Shown here piece by piece: positions 46,679-57,609 of a DNA stretch of 64,000 nucleotides. The DNA is from Minutocellus sp. GHC0000111 (taxonomy: Eukaryota), in contig OZ361261.1 in the NCBI GenBank assembly GCA_977018835.1, forward strand, positions 1,302,001 through 1,366,000, given 5' to 3'. The position numbers and the translations under genes were made by a program. Each line of letters starts with the position of its first letter. The first letter of the stretch is position 1. The notes below the pieces were generated by a model. It did not search any database. It saw only the letters and a program-made list of their open reading frames with translations, and was not told the origin of the DNA.

Positions 46679-47431
46679 TGTTAGTCCCAAAATGCGCACT
46701 GTCCCAGTTCGCGAACTGGGATCCCAGTTTGCGAACTGAGATTCATTTATCCCAGTTTGCGCACTGGGCCCCAGTTCCCAAACTAGGATCTCAGTTTGCG
46801 CACTGATACTACCAGAATGGAAACTGAGATAAACACGCCAATCCGAATTTGGGAACCAGACGAGTTCGCGAACTGGAACAAAAATGAATACCAGTTTGGA
46901 AACTGGCATTCTCGGCAAGTGTCAGAATGGTAACTGCCGGTGTTGGCTCATGCACAATGATTATGTACTGGTAGATCTATCTACAATACAAGTTGCACTG
47001 TGCATCATATCTTGAATTTGCAAGCTACATGTACTGGTACAGTAGCAACATGATGCCGGCATAGCACAGATGCATGTACAGTTCATGACTTATATTTGCC
47101 AGAAGCAGCTAGCTAGATATTATTATTTATTCACTATATGTATTTAGTATCAGCTAATGCCAATTTATTGAGTATCAGCTCCGGCACTAATGTCGTCTGG
47201 ACGTCTGGACCAGGTTTGGGCTGTGTTGCTTTTCACTATGAAAAAATGAAGCGAGGAGAGAAGCAAAGGCGATATCATCCATGCTAAATATTCATTATTT
47301 CTCGATTGATCCCAGTTTGCAAACTGAGATTGTGCCTATGATCCCAGTTTCCAAACTGGGATAAATAATCCTAGTTCGCAAACTGGGATCCCAGTTCGCG
47401 AACTGGGACAGTGCGCATTTTGGGACTAACA
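46679..47431. mobile_element. Non-autonomous TIR element, 753 bp, with palindromic subterminal repeats
   Basis: About 60 bp perfect TIR TGTTAGTCCCAAAATGCGCACTGTCCCAGTTCGCGAACTGGG..., TATA on both flanks, no ORF. Confidence 0.9.
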
Positions 47432-47531
47432 TATACATGTATGCATTGGCTGGCTGGGGGTCGGTCGAAAAGCAAAGAAACCCGGAAATTACCAAGCCTT
47501 TCATCTCTTCTCGCGCACTCTTCACAGCATC

Positions 47532-48698
47532 ATGTGCTTGAAAATGCCGTTGCTCCCACCCGCCGGCCTCCAAATGGCGCCGCATGCGCTCCTACCTCTC
47601 CTGCTACTAACCGCGGAGCCGAGCAGGTGGGTGCGCCGGACGGCGAGGCGGAGACAGCGGACGGAAGCCCTTCTGTCGTCCATACCGCTGCCTCCGGGCG
47701 TTTTGTCTTGGGAGACCAAGGTCCTGCACGATGCCCCCGCGATAGATTGGGAGAAGTTCCCCGCGCTGCTAGATCCGCAGAGGGGCGGAAAGCTGCGGCG
47801 CGGCACCCCCCCCGCGCCCTTCGCAAGCGGCGGGCCGTCGAGGCATTCGTCCACCTGTCGAGGGGGCTGCTGATGGGCGATGGCAGCGAGCAGTGCGAGT
47901 GCCGCGGCGTGATCGTCGACGCCGCATCCGGAGCCGGCAACCTCTCCATCCCTCTGAGCGGACTCCTCGGACGCAAGACGACAGTCCTCGCCATCGACGT
48001 TAATGAGGTTGCCCTGCACAGGCTGAAGGAGAGGGATGCGTCAGTCAAAGTCCTGTGCGCGGATCTGGCGGCCGATATCGATTTGGAACGATTCGGCGCA
48101 TCGATGGTTGTATCGCTCCACGGGTGCGGGGCCGCGACCGACATGGCCATTCGGCTGGCGACGCGAAATCGACTGCCCTTCGTCGTCAGTCCCTGCTGCA
48201 CTGCCAAGGCCGTCGTGGGACGGACTTATGGACCACAGCTGCGAGCGACTACCGGTACCGGAAATAGAATGTCGTCCGAGCATCGCAGCGGTGCTCCGTC
48301 GGATATTGTTTATCCACGGTCGGCGTGGCTAGCCTCGGCATTGAAAGAGCACCTCAACGGCAATGATGACATCGATGGGGCATATGCGACAATTGCCAAA
48401 GTAGCAGATGGTGAGTACATGTAGGCGATCTATCTGCACTTATTTTGTCCATTTATCGCAAGCTCACCCAAACTAGAAAACCCTTGCATTGTAACTTTGA
48501 ACTATTCAAGTCGGTCTTGGACCGCAGACTCCTCTTGAGCAGGTGGAGCACCAGCGACTTGCCAAGCGGATTGTCGAGTGGGATAGGCTCGTTGGGGTCA
48601 GGGAGCGCCACAACTATCGAGTCGAAATGTTTGAGATACGAGATCATGATGGGTATGGCAAAAAAGAAATATGCATTGGTGTACCGGACGCCCCATGA
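47532..48698 (+). CDS. Class I SAM methyltransferase (Methyltransf_32/GSTCD-like)
   Basis: IVDAASGAGNL, LAID, VSLHGCGAATD, VSPCC. Intron 48411-48510 leads to AKRIVEWDRL. Frameshift in the C-run near 47810. Confidence 0.8.
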
Positions 48699-49144
48699 TA
48701 CCGGCTAGCTAGCTTCACAGACTGCGTTGTGGAGTGCGGTTTGCTGGACAATTTTATAACACAGCTGATAAATATGAATCACAATGCAATGTCGGGTTTG
48801 TGTTGCTGAAAATGAATTAAAATTTTGCTGTTGGTGCGTGTAACTTAAAACTTCTCTTTCTTTCACCGTAGATCTAGAGTGTCCCGAACGAAGCGATGGT
48901 AGTTCTCAACACACTTCATTATCACTGCAAGTCCGACTAAAATGCGCCGCGCACGTTGGAAGACCTTGCAAAGAAGTCTTATCCAATTTGAAGAGGTGCT
49001 GCTCTTCTTCGCAATCCTCAATTGCTGATGATCCCGTTTTCGCCTTGCTGATCCGAATTCGTGTTCCCGCCACATCACTCGAGCGATGCTCTCGCTCGAG
49101 ACATGCTGCTTTTTGCTTTCTGCGTCATTTCTTCCTCGTCAACC

Positions 49145-51036
49145 ATGAGACGATCGTTGTCCCTCGCAGCGGCGGCCACTGCAGCAGCGGCCCTGTGCTC
49201 CTCACCGAGCGCGGTGGCGTTCCAGTCACCACATTCGGCGCCGCTCACCCACCGTTCTTCTGCCGCTAGTAAATTCCAACATTTGTCGCCTCGTTCGGAC
49301 GACCATCGTGTCCCACTTCACCGACAGACAGGTGGAGCTGCTGACGCCGGCATCACAAGCAGCACGTCGTTGGCAGCCCTCCCGGCAGCACTGGCCTCAG
49401 TGGCATCTCCATTGGGTTCCGTTTCCGTTCTGGCATTCGTCGTCCTCATTCACGAGGCGGGTCATTTCCTAGCCGCGCGCAGTTTTGGCATTAAGGTCGA
49501 CGAGTTCTCCGTTGGCGTCGGTCCTAAGCTGGCCGGCTTCAATCGCAAGGCCGATGACGAGTCAGACGACGAGATTGAGTTCAGTCTGAGGGCCATTCCG
49601 TTGGGCGGATACGTGCGTTTCCCTGAGAATTACAATACAACGCTTGCGCAAATCAACGAGGACGTTGCAAGGAAGCAGAGGATTGAATACCGCAAGGCGA
49701 AGAGAGCCGAATTTGTTGCCGGTTCCGGCGTCGGTGGTGTCGCCGGTGATGAATCCAGGACGGCTGGTCTGCTCAGTGTGCTAACTTTTGGTTTTGTCGG
49801 CAAAAAGGATCGGGAAGAGGCTGAGCGGCTGGCCAAAGAGGAGGCCGAGCGATTGGAAAAGGAACAACAGAAGAAGTCCCGCTCGTGGAAGAATGTGTTT
49901 GGATTGGTCTCCACTAATGCCGCCAAGGCGGATGGTACCAGCAGCATTGAGAAGCCGCAGCCTCCGCCGGAAATTGAGTACTATGACGACCCCAATCTAC
50001 TTCAGAATCGCCCCTGGACTCAGCGAGCTGTTGTCTTGGCTGGCGGTGTTGTTTTCAATATTCTGCTTGCCTTTGCCTGTTATTTTGGAGAGCTTTCCAC
50101 GACCGGTCTTCCTCAGCCTGTGTTCCGGGAGGGTGCACTCATCACACAAGCGCCTCGGGTGGATGGGCCATCTAACGGGCTGCTTCACAAGGGCGACGTT
50201 ATTGTTGGAATTAATGGTACGTGGTGCTGCAACATACATGCAATCGTACACTATATGTATGTTTTGGCTGTGTCGTTACATTTTCTCCCAACGGAAATTT
50301 TCAATGTATATTCATTTCATCTCTCCATCCTCTCCGATTTCAACAGGGAAACCTTTGATGACGACCAGATCACCAAATGTGATGGAGAGTCAGGAGGCAA
50401 TCAACGAATTCATCTCCGAGATCCGTAAAACCAGTCCTGGCGAATCCCTTCGCTTGTCCATTATTCAGGCAGCCGCTGATGGTGCTGGTGCGAGCAAGGG
50501 ACCTATCGATATTGTTGTCAAGCCTCAGGTGAATTCTGACAACGCCCGGTCGATTGGTGTTATGCTCAGCCCCAACTATGTTCGTACCGACAAGATCAAA
50601 GCCGAGTCCCTGCCTGATGCGATTGTTAAGGCGTCCAAGGCCACAAGCGATATCACTACGTCTACAGCGAGATCTCTGCTCACTCTGCTCGGAAATGTAT
50701 TCATGGGCAAAGGTACTGGCAGTCAATCGGTGAGCGGCCCGATCGGTTTGATCAAGCAGGGCTCGGACGTCGTTTCTTCTGCAGCATCTGGAAGGGATAT
50801 TGCGGCTGTAGTCGGATTTGCTGCTGCGATTTCGTGTAACTTGGCGGTGGTCAATAGTTTTGCCTCTGCCCGCTTTGGATGGTGGTCAACTTGTGTTTGT
50901 GTTGGCTGAGGGTCTTACTGGAAAGAAGATCGACCAAAAGCGTCAGGAGGAGATCAATGCTTTGGCTCTCTTCCTTCTCCTTGCCTTCAGTCTCAACACT
51001 GCAGTTGGTGATGTCGGAAGGCTCATCATCAGATAA
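49145..51036 (+). CDS. Plastid RseP/ARASP-like M50 zinc metalloprotease with PDZ
   Basis: Signal peptide AVA-F, IHEAGH, RAIPLGGYVRF, LAGGVVFN, SGPIG, LPLPALDGG. Intron 50217-50346; frameshift near 50860. Confidence 0.9.
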
Positions 51037-51447
51037 ATGAACAGTCCAGGCAAAATCATCACTTATAGATCACATCATGTACATGACTATTAGTACGATT
51101 CTTCGCATAACAATAAAAATATGCACCAAGAAGTCAAATCGAGTCAGTCGAGCGGATGATGGCAGAGAGGCTGGAGAGAGAGAGAGAAGAAGAGAGAACA
51201 CAAGCACGCTCGTACGTACGTAGCCGTATACCGCACGCCCAAAGCCAACGCAACTGCCTGACTTGCTTCTTTCAGATTGACTCCTACTATTATCTAGCTA
51301 GTAGTACGCCTCATTTCGCACAACGGTACGAGCAAGGGACTCCCTTGGTACGAGGTATCGCCGCCCGCCCCGCCCAACGCTTGCCTTTTTACTTCTTCGC
51401 CTCGCTCATAAGCCTATTCCTCATTTCGCACAACGGCACGAGGTATC

Positions 51448-52116
51448 ATGCCCCCTCCACTTCCATCTCGTCCTCTCGGAGTTCGCCTTCTCGGCAATCC
51501 ATCGGCGACTGTCGTTGTAGAGCTGTTTCAGGACCTCTGTTGCCCATTCTCTCGAAAGATGTGCATGACTCTGAATGGTTCGAACGGAGTTTTTGATAAG
51601 ATACGTGCCGATCCTTCTCTCGCGGCCAAGGTTGAATTCATATTTCACAACGTGCCACAGCCTTGGCATCCGCAGTCGCCCGTGATGCACGAGTGCATGT
51701 TTGCAGTGTCTCTTGCAGTTGATCACGACGCTGATCTGCTGAAGAAGTATATTCGTGCCGCGTTCAATGCCTTCCCCGAGTTTGCAGACCTGCATGTCGC
51801 CGACAAGACGAGGAAAGAGTTGCACCTCATGTGCGCCGATATTGCAGCTGAGACTCTTGGAGATGAGATGGGAGGTGCTGATGCCGTCCGTAAGAAGGTT
51901 CTATCTCATCTATCTTTCGACCATTTAACCAAAGATGAACCTCATATGGGGCTCGGGGAAGTCACGAAGCTGCTCAAGTTTGCCGTCAAGCATCATCGAA
52001 CGAGAGGGGTACACGTGACTCCAACAGTTTTCATGAATTCGATCGAAGCTCCCGATGTTAGTAGCGGCTGGTCCGCTGAACAGTGGAGGGAGAAGCTGCG
52101 CTCTGTATGTGCATGA
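51448..52116 (+). CDS. DsbA/thioredoxin-fold protein
   Basis: ELFQDLCCPFS, VPQPWHP, GVHVTPTVFMN. Confidence 0.85.
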   Translation: MPPPLPSRPLGVRLLGNPSATVVVELFQDLCCPFSRKMCMTLNGSNGVFDKIRADPSLAAKVEFIFHNVPQPWHPQSPVMHECMFAVSLAVDHDADLLKKYIRAAFNAFPEFADLHVADKTRKELHLMCADIAAETLGDEMGGADAVRKKVLSHLSFDHLTKDEPHMGLGEVTKLLKFAVKHHRTRGVHVTPTVFMNSIEAPDVSSGWSAEQWREKLRSVCA

Positions 52117-52337
52117 GAGGAATGGATTCGAGCGAGAACCAGAGTACATGTAAAGCGAAGGCTCTACAAAAGACAACTAGGCTGGAGCGGACGTAGCTTT
52201 TCCAATGTGCATTTTTTCATTTTTATGTGATGTATAAATATAGAGTTTCTTTCGCAATTCATCTTCCCAGCTAGATATTCGGCTCTACATAAATGGTGCG
52301 AACAGCATCCTATTCGCATTCACTGAGCGCAATTTCT

Positions 52338-53553
52338 CTAGTTCTTGGGAACGACGGTGCTAGCCCTCATGGTATTCTTCTGCACTTGGAACTGAACCTT
52401 GCAGTTCGTGCACTTGCAAGATGCTACATCATTGAATCCCTCTACGCCCAAAATATTACCGAAATAAACTCTCTGATTGACCTCGCAGCTCGGGCAGGGG
52501 CCGTAGACAATCTTGTTATTGGGGAAAAGGAAATCGTTGGTGATGGTAAGGGAGCCCTGGTAGATGGGGTAGGCTCCGAGAAGGAGAAGGACGAGGGGGT
52601 TGAGACGGATGAGAGGCTCAATGAGCTCAAATCCGAGGGCGAGCCATCCGATGGTAAGGATGGCGCCGGCGGGGAGGTAGAGCAAGTTGCTTCGGAAGTT
52701 GTCCTCCTGCATGGTAACCTTGCAGATACCGGTGTCGACGTAGCACTTGGGCTCGGTATCGACGGCGAACTTGGATCCTTCTTCCCGGAGCTCCGCTTTC
52801 AGAGCATCGAACTCAGCATCGCTCATGATGGGCTCGCCCTTCATGTACGCCTGGGTGGCGGCCATGAAGCGAGCCTCCTGACGGTTGAGAACGGCAACGT
52901 CCGAACCGTTCCATGCCAGATCCTCCTTGAGGAGATCGAACTCCTCATCGTTCAGCATCTGCCGTCCGCTGACATAGTACGACTATTTATTCCACAAACA
53001 CGCAAAAGAGAGAGACGGAAGGCAAAGCAAGGAGAAATATGGGGTCAGGATATGATAAGCAGTATGAAATAAATGGCATTGTTTGGACATAATTGCGGAC
53101 TGGAAACGAAAGAGGTCGATCGGTACCGTCGGCGGCAAAAATAGGCCAGGTCAAAAATCAGCACATGATGTGCGTGCCGATGTGGCCGCGAGCTTGCTTG
53201 CTTACCTGAAGAGCATCGAGGAAGATGCGCTCCTTCTCCTCGACGGTGAGGCGAATCATCTCGCCGGTCTCCTTGTCGACGGCGCAGTACTCATCCTCGG
53301 GGATGCACTCGATGGAATCGCCTGTCTCAAAGAACCGCCCGCTCTTGTCGTAGGTGAGCTCCTTCTGCGTTTTGGTATCAAACGTCACCTCCTTCTTCTC
53401 CTTGTCGGACATGTGCAGCGGTCCGACGCCGGCCGCCGAGGCAGCCCGGGACCGCGCGACGAAGGCACTCGCCGGCGTCGAGAAGGCATCGGCCCGGCTC
53501 GAAAGGAGGGCCAGGGCCACGGAGAGGAGAGCGGCGTTCATCCGGAGGGCCAT
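52338..53553 (-). CDS. PGRL1: PGR5-like 1 (cyclic electron flow)
   Basis: Signal peptide ADA-F, EKERIFLDALQ|SYY (intron 53205-52983), EEFDLLKEDLAWNGS, EPKC, two TM helices, GPCPSC...CTNC. Confidence 0.9.
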
Positions 53554-54216
53554 CTTGATACCGACGATTTTGAATGCGGTACCTACGAGGTCGCGGACAG
53601 CAGTTTCAGGGACCCGGTTTTCGGGTCTTCGGGCAAAATCTCATAAAAATCAGCACAAACGCACGCAGCAAGCAGCATTTATTTGCTGTCGTCCTGTCTT
53701 CAAGATGGCGGTGACGGCAGTGCCGACGGCATCCGCTTCACGCAAGGGATAAGCGTGGTATCTCCAGAACGGGTTGGTCCTTGACCTTGGACCGACTCGG
53801 AGATATCGATTTCATCTTCCCATGCCAGCGTCTGGCCGATTCACCCCATCCATCGCCCCTCCCGACTTCTGCCAGTTTTTCCGATGACAACCGGTCACCT
53901 CCTCCACCTCCCGACCCCACCACCACCTCCCAAATGCATTGATTCAAGTAGCCATATGGTTTGAGCTCCGATATCGGTCTCCATGGTCCCCATAATGGCG
54001 TATCTTATGCGGTCCGGGTGACCCCGCGCCAAAATCGAGCGGGCCAAAAAAATCATCACCCGCCCGGCGCGCCCGCCACACTCAATGAAAATCCTTCCTC
54101 ATTTCCAACCCACCCGACATACAAACTGTTGCTCTACTGCCACAAAATACTGCATCCAACACCATATTAATGCAAATGGCTGTTACTACTGCTGCCACCG
54201 CAGCTGATGCGCCAGC

Positions 54217-54813
54217 ATGTCGCCGCTCCCGTCGGTCCGGCAGCTCTTCATCCCATGCTTTGATCATTTTGTCCATCGGAGCGGCACCATCGATGCCTCT
54301 ACGATTCGTGGCAAGTCTCCTGGGATGATCCAGACCATAGCGAACCGGGCATGGGCGGGCCTCTCACTTCAGAAACAGCAGGATGTTATGGAGCAAGCCC
54401 GAGAGGAGGAGCTGTGCTGTCCGCCGAGCCAGACCGGTCCTGATCCGGCACAAGATGTGCTGATTTCTCAAATTCAAATTGCTCGGCGCAATTCGTCATC
54501 CAATAACGCCGATGCCAGCCCTGAGCCGACGGTCGAGGACAATGCTGGTGTCGCTGCTCGTCCTGGTGATGACAATGTCGAAGCTGGGGGCATCGCCGAG
54601 TCCATGGTGGTGGATGGAAGCGGCAACAGTGAAGAATCTGGCAATCCTGCCAGTGTCGGTGTTTCTGCTACCGGCACCGCCAATTCTGGTGGATCGACCG
54701 AGGAGAATTTGGATGTGCTGCTGGTTGAGGCCGAAGCGCAACACAAAGCTGCAGAGGAGGCTTTGAAAGGGCTAAGGGATGCCTTGAAACGAGAAAAGCG
54801 GAAGGAAGGATGA
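54217..54813 (+). CDS. Element N-terminal ORF with HMG-box-like segment
   Basis: FDHFV...IQTIANRAWAGLSLQKQQDVMEQAREE, then an acidic linker and coiled coil; abuts the transposase ORF out of frame. Confidence 0.5.
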   Translation: MSPLPSVRQLFIPCFDHFVHRSGTIDASTIRGKSPGMIQTIANRAWAGLSLQKQQDVMEQAREEELCCPPSQTGPDPAQDVLISQIQIARRNSSSNNADASPEPTVEDNAGVAARPGDDNVEAGGIAESMVVDGSGNSEESGNPASVGVSATGTANSGGSTEENLDVLLVEAEAQHKAAEEALKGLRDALKREKRKEG

Positions 54814-54820
54814 AAAGGCC

Positions 54821-55822
54821 ATGGCCGATGCCGAGAAGAAAAGGAACAAAATGAAGGATGAGAACGGCAATTTACCGAATGGAAAGAAGCGAGTTCTCCT
54901 CGTGCATTACGATGAGAAATGGTTCTGGGGTCTCGTCCTCCGAGCTTTTGCGAAGGCTTGCGAGGAAATCGGCGTGAAAAAGCGAGATTACGCGGCCTTT
55001 CACAGGAGCCACATCAACAAGGTCATGGCCATTGCATTTGTTGCCGCTGTCTTTGACGGTTCTCTTGAGAGTGGGTGCGAGGTTGTAAAACTGCCACTGG
55101 TACGAGCTCAAGCTCCTAAAATAGCGGAGCGAGCTCAGTGCGAAGCAGCATCACAGCCTGATGGTTCAATAAGGTACCCAAATACCAACCCCGATGGGAC
55201 ACCAAAGAAACCTCTTCGCCGGAAAGGAGAGTCGTTTCTTGTTGATTGTTGCGTTACTGGATCGAACGAAGGCACCAAAAAGGATCCGAAATGCTCTTTG
55301 CTCCTCGTATTCAAGGAGACTATTTTCCCAGCGATTCTCAACCTTGTCGGTCCGGGCAAGCAATACGAAGATTGCCATGTTATTATCCAGGGCGACCAGC
55401 CCGGGCCTCACGAGGACGGAACCTTCACGCAATTTGTTACTAACTTCTGTGCTGAGCAAGGCTGGACGTGGCAGCCACAGGCACCGCAGATGCCTCACGC
55501 CAACGTCCTTGACTTGAGCGTGTTCCCCGCGATGAGCCGGCGGCACTCGGAATGGGCACGAAAAATGGTAGGCACCTCCGTCATTTCCACCGACCAGATC
55601 TGGGACACTGCCGAGGACGTTTACGATAGCATGCCTAACTGCAAAATTGCTTCGGCCTTCATTCAGTACTGGAGGATAATGGGCCTGGTGATTAAGGCCG
55701 GTGGTAGCAATGAGTTTGTTGGAAGGTTGGGTGACGAAAACTTGCACACTGGAATTAGGATCGACTTCAACGAAACGGCCAAGGGGATGGAGCCCTCAGC
55801 TCGTCATCCTTCTAATAAATAG
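54821..55822 (+). CDS. Mariner-like transposase catalytic domain (DD38D, related to the DD39D family)
   Basis: VHYDEKWF, IIQGDQPGPH, QAPQMPHANVLDLSVFP; 38 residues counted between D2 and D3. Confidence 0.88.
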   Translation: MADAEKKRNKMKDENGNLPNGKKRVLLVHYDEKWFWGLVLRAFAKACEEIGVKKRDYAAFHRSHINKVMAIAFVAAVFDGSLESGCEVVKLPLVRAQAPKIAERAQCEAASQPDGSIRYPNTNPDGTPKKPLRRKGESFLVDCCVTGSNEGTKKDPKCSLLLVFKETIFPAILNLVGPGKQYEDCHVIIQGDQPGPHEDGTFTQFVTNFCAEQGWTWQPQAPQMPHANVLDLSVFPAMSRRHSEWARKMVGTSVISTDQIWDTAEDVYDSMPNCKIASAFIQYWRIMGLVIKAGGSNEFVGRLGDENLHTGIRIDFNETAKGMEPSARHPSNK

Positions 55823-55917
55823 ATAGTGTTAATGTCTTTACACATGTATTAAATAAATGTTACACGTCTACAAATTATTTATAGATCTACATGTAAGATG
55901 CAGCAGCATTGGTTTGT

Positions 55918-57054
55918 TTATGTCACGGTGGGCTTCTTTGTTCTTCTATTTCTACCGGTATTCTTTTTTGCCTCCTTGGCCTTCTTATGATCATTAGAAA
56001 GCCACACAGCGTGGAGGGACTGACGAATCTTTCCGCGCTTCACACCATATGCATCGGCAAGTTTATTGTCAGTGAGGGCAGGGTGAGCAGTTGGTTGTTT
56101 ACTTCCATCCTCATATCCCAACTTATATGCATCTAATGCAATCTTGTCAGTAGATAATGCAATAGAGAATTCTATTGTCTTGTTATCATACAATCCGAGT
56201 TCTCTGCTTCTCCACCCTTTCGGGTAGGCACCACGACCCTATCTTACTTGGCGATCGACTTCGATCATGCCTAGCACTGTGGTGACCGCGACCTCGCTAC
56301 CCCAACCAGGAACTTGTTTGAAGGGGAGGTAGACCCCTTTCTCTTTTCTTCTTGGTTCGGGCCTCTGACTACATGTGGGTGACTTGTAGTTCTTTATATC
56401 TTGTGGTAGTGGTGCTTCTCCGTACGTCAAAAAGCACGCAAGCCTCCGATGTTCCTCAACCTCTCGTTCAATCTGTCGTTCGGTTGGTTCGGTTGGAGGC
56501 AAGGGCTCCAAGATGGTAGGGGATGACAATTGAAGGTTGCTGAACGACGGGCATGAGCGGCTTGGGGTAAGAGCATACTGAGTATGAACTGACATTGGAC
56601 TTGTTACCATCGGCGTGGCGGAGGGAAGGTCGAATGAGCTCACGGGCTTTCTCCTCTCGCCGCTTGGCTTGGCGTCGGCGGTTGCTATGCTCATCTCTGA
56701 GAATGAATCATCTTCATCAGAATGAGATGAAACGGTAGCGGTACCGCGAAAGTCGGCACGCAATATGTCATGATGCAAGTACTTCCTTGCTTGGGCTTGT
56801 TCGGCGGCGAAGCCATCCTCTTCGTTGTACTCGCGTCGATATTTCAACACACGAGGAGATGTGAGGTCTGACGATGCCGGTGGGACCCCTTGGTTGTCCT
56901 CCTCGTCATCGTTGTCCTTGTTCTCTCGATACCGCGGATGTTCCGGCGTTTCGTTGGAAGTTTCCTTCTCATGGCGCGAGGGGCTGAATGCAGTCGCCTC
57001 GGCGCGTTTCGGTGGACGCGGTGGACTGAAGATGTGTCCCTTTGGAGTATCCAT
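55918..57054 (-). CDS. Second ORF of the transposon (about 378 aa, one in-frame TAG)
   Basis: ORFs 57054-56239 and 56193-55918 share a frame and are separated only by the TAG at 56241-56239. Confidence 0.6.
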
Positions 57055-57609
57055 GAGTATGGAAGCTTCTTGAAGCGCCAGTCGGCAGAAGTTGCCCAGT
57101 CAATTTGTGGTAATTGCTTGGAGGTCGGTTGTTGACGGATGTGTTTTGATTTGCTTGCTTTGCCGCGTGTTTTTCAAGGTGCGCGCAAACCGCCGTGTCG
57201 GAAAGTCCAAAGACCCAAAAAACCGGGTCCCCGAAATTGCTGTCCCGGACCTCGTAGACGGAGTCTCGGCTCCGGCATCCGGGTTACCTTGACCAAGGTT
57301 TGCAGGCACCTGCCAAAGATCCCAGCTCAAGGCAGGCTAAAATCTAAGCAAGCTGTGACAACAGAGAAGAAACTGAATGTCGCAACTGGACATCCTAAAT
57401 GGACGTCCATGTGTGACAAATAGGCCTTCCTGCTTTGAGCCTCAATCCTGCTTGGGCGAAACATCGCTGCAATCAGCGTGGTCGACCAAGCCACAATCAT
57501 CAGAGAGAGTTTGCCTCTCTGCTGCTAAAAAAAAGTAAAAGCAATCAACAACCTTCGTACTAGTGCACCTGTTCGCTATCCTCTTTTGTTTGGCCCACAA
57601 CACGAGATG

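Larger units (their letters stand above)
53586..57254 (+). mobile_element. IS630/Tc1/mariner-type DNA transposon, 3669 bp, two convergent coding units
   Basis: Imperfect ~50 bp TIRs (CGAGGTCGCGGACAGCAGTTTCAGGGACCCGGTTTT versus the reverse complement at the right end), TA at 53584-85 and 57255-56, internal transposase. Confidence 0.9.

Noticed and set aside
46700..46910. CRISPR-like array of palindromic repeats
   Set aside because: Spacers are very short and irregular, the units are mirrored at the other end of a TIR element, the context is eukaryotic, and no cas genes are present.
55918..57054. Fanzor/TnpB nuclease as the mariner's second ORF
   Set aside because: No recognisable RuvC D-E-D motifs or CxxC zinc finger in the translation.
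57257..57600. Decayed coding sequence right of the mariner
   Set aside because: Reads partly like an ORF with several stops, but no family can be supported.
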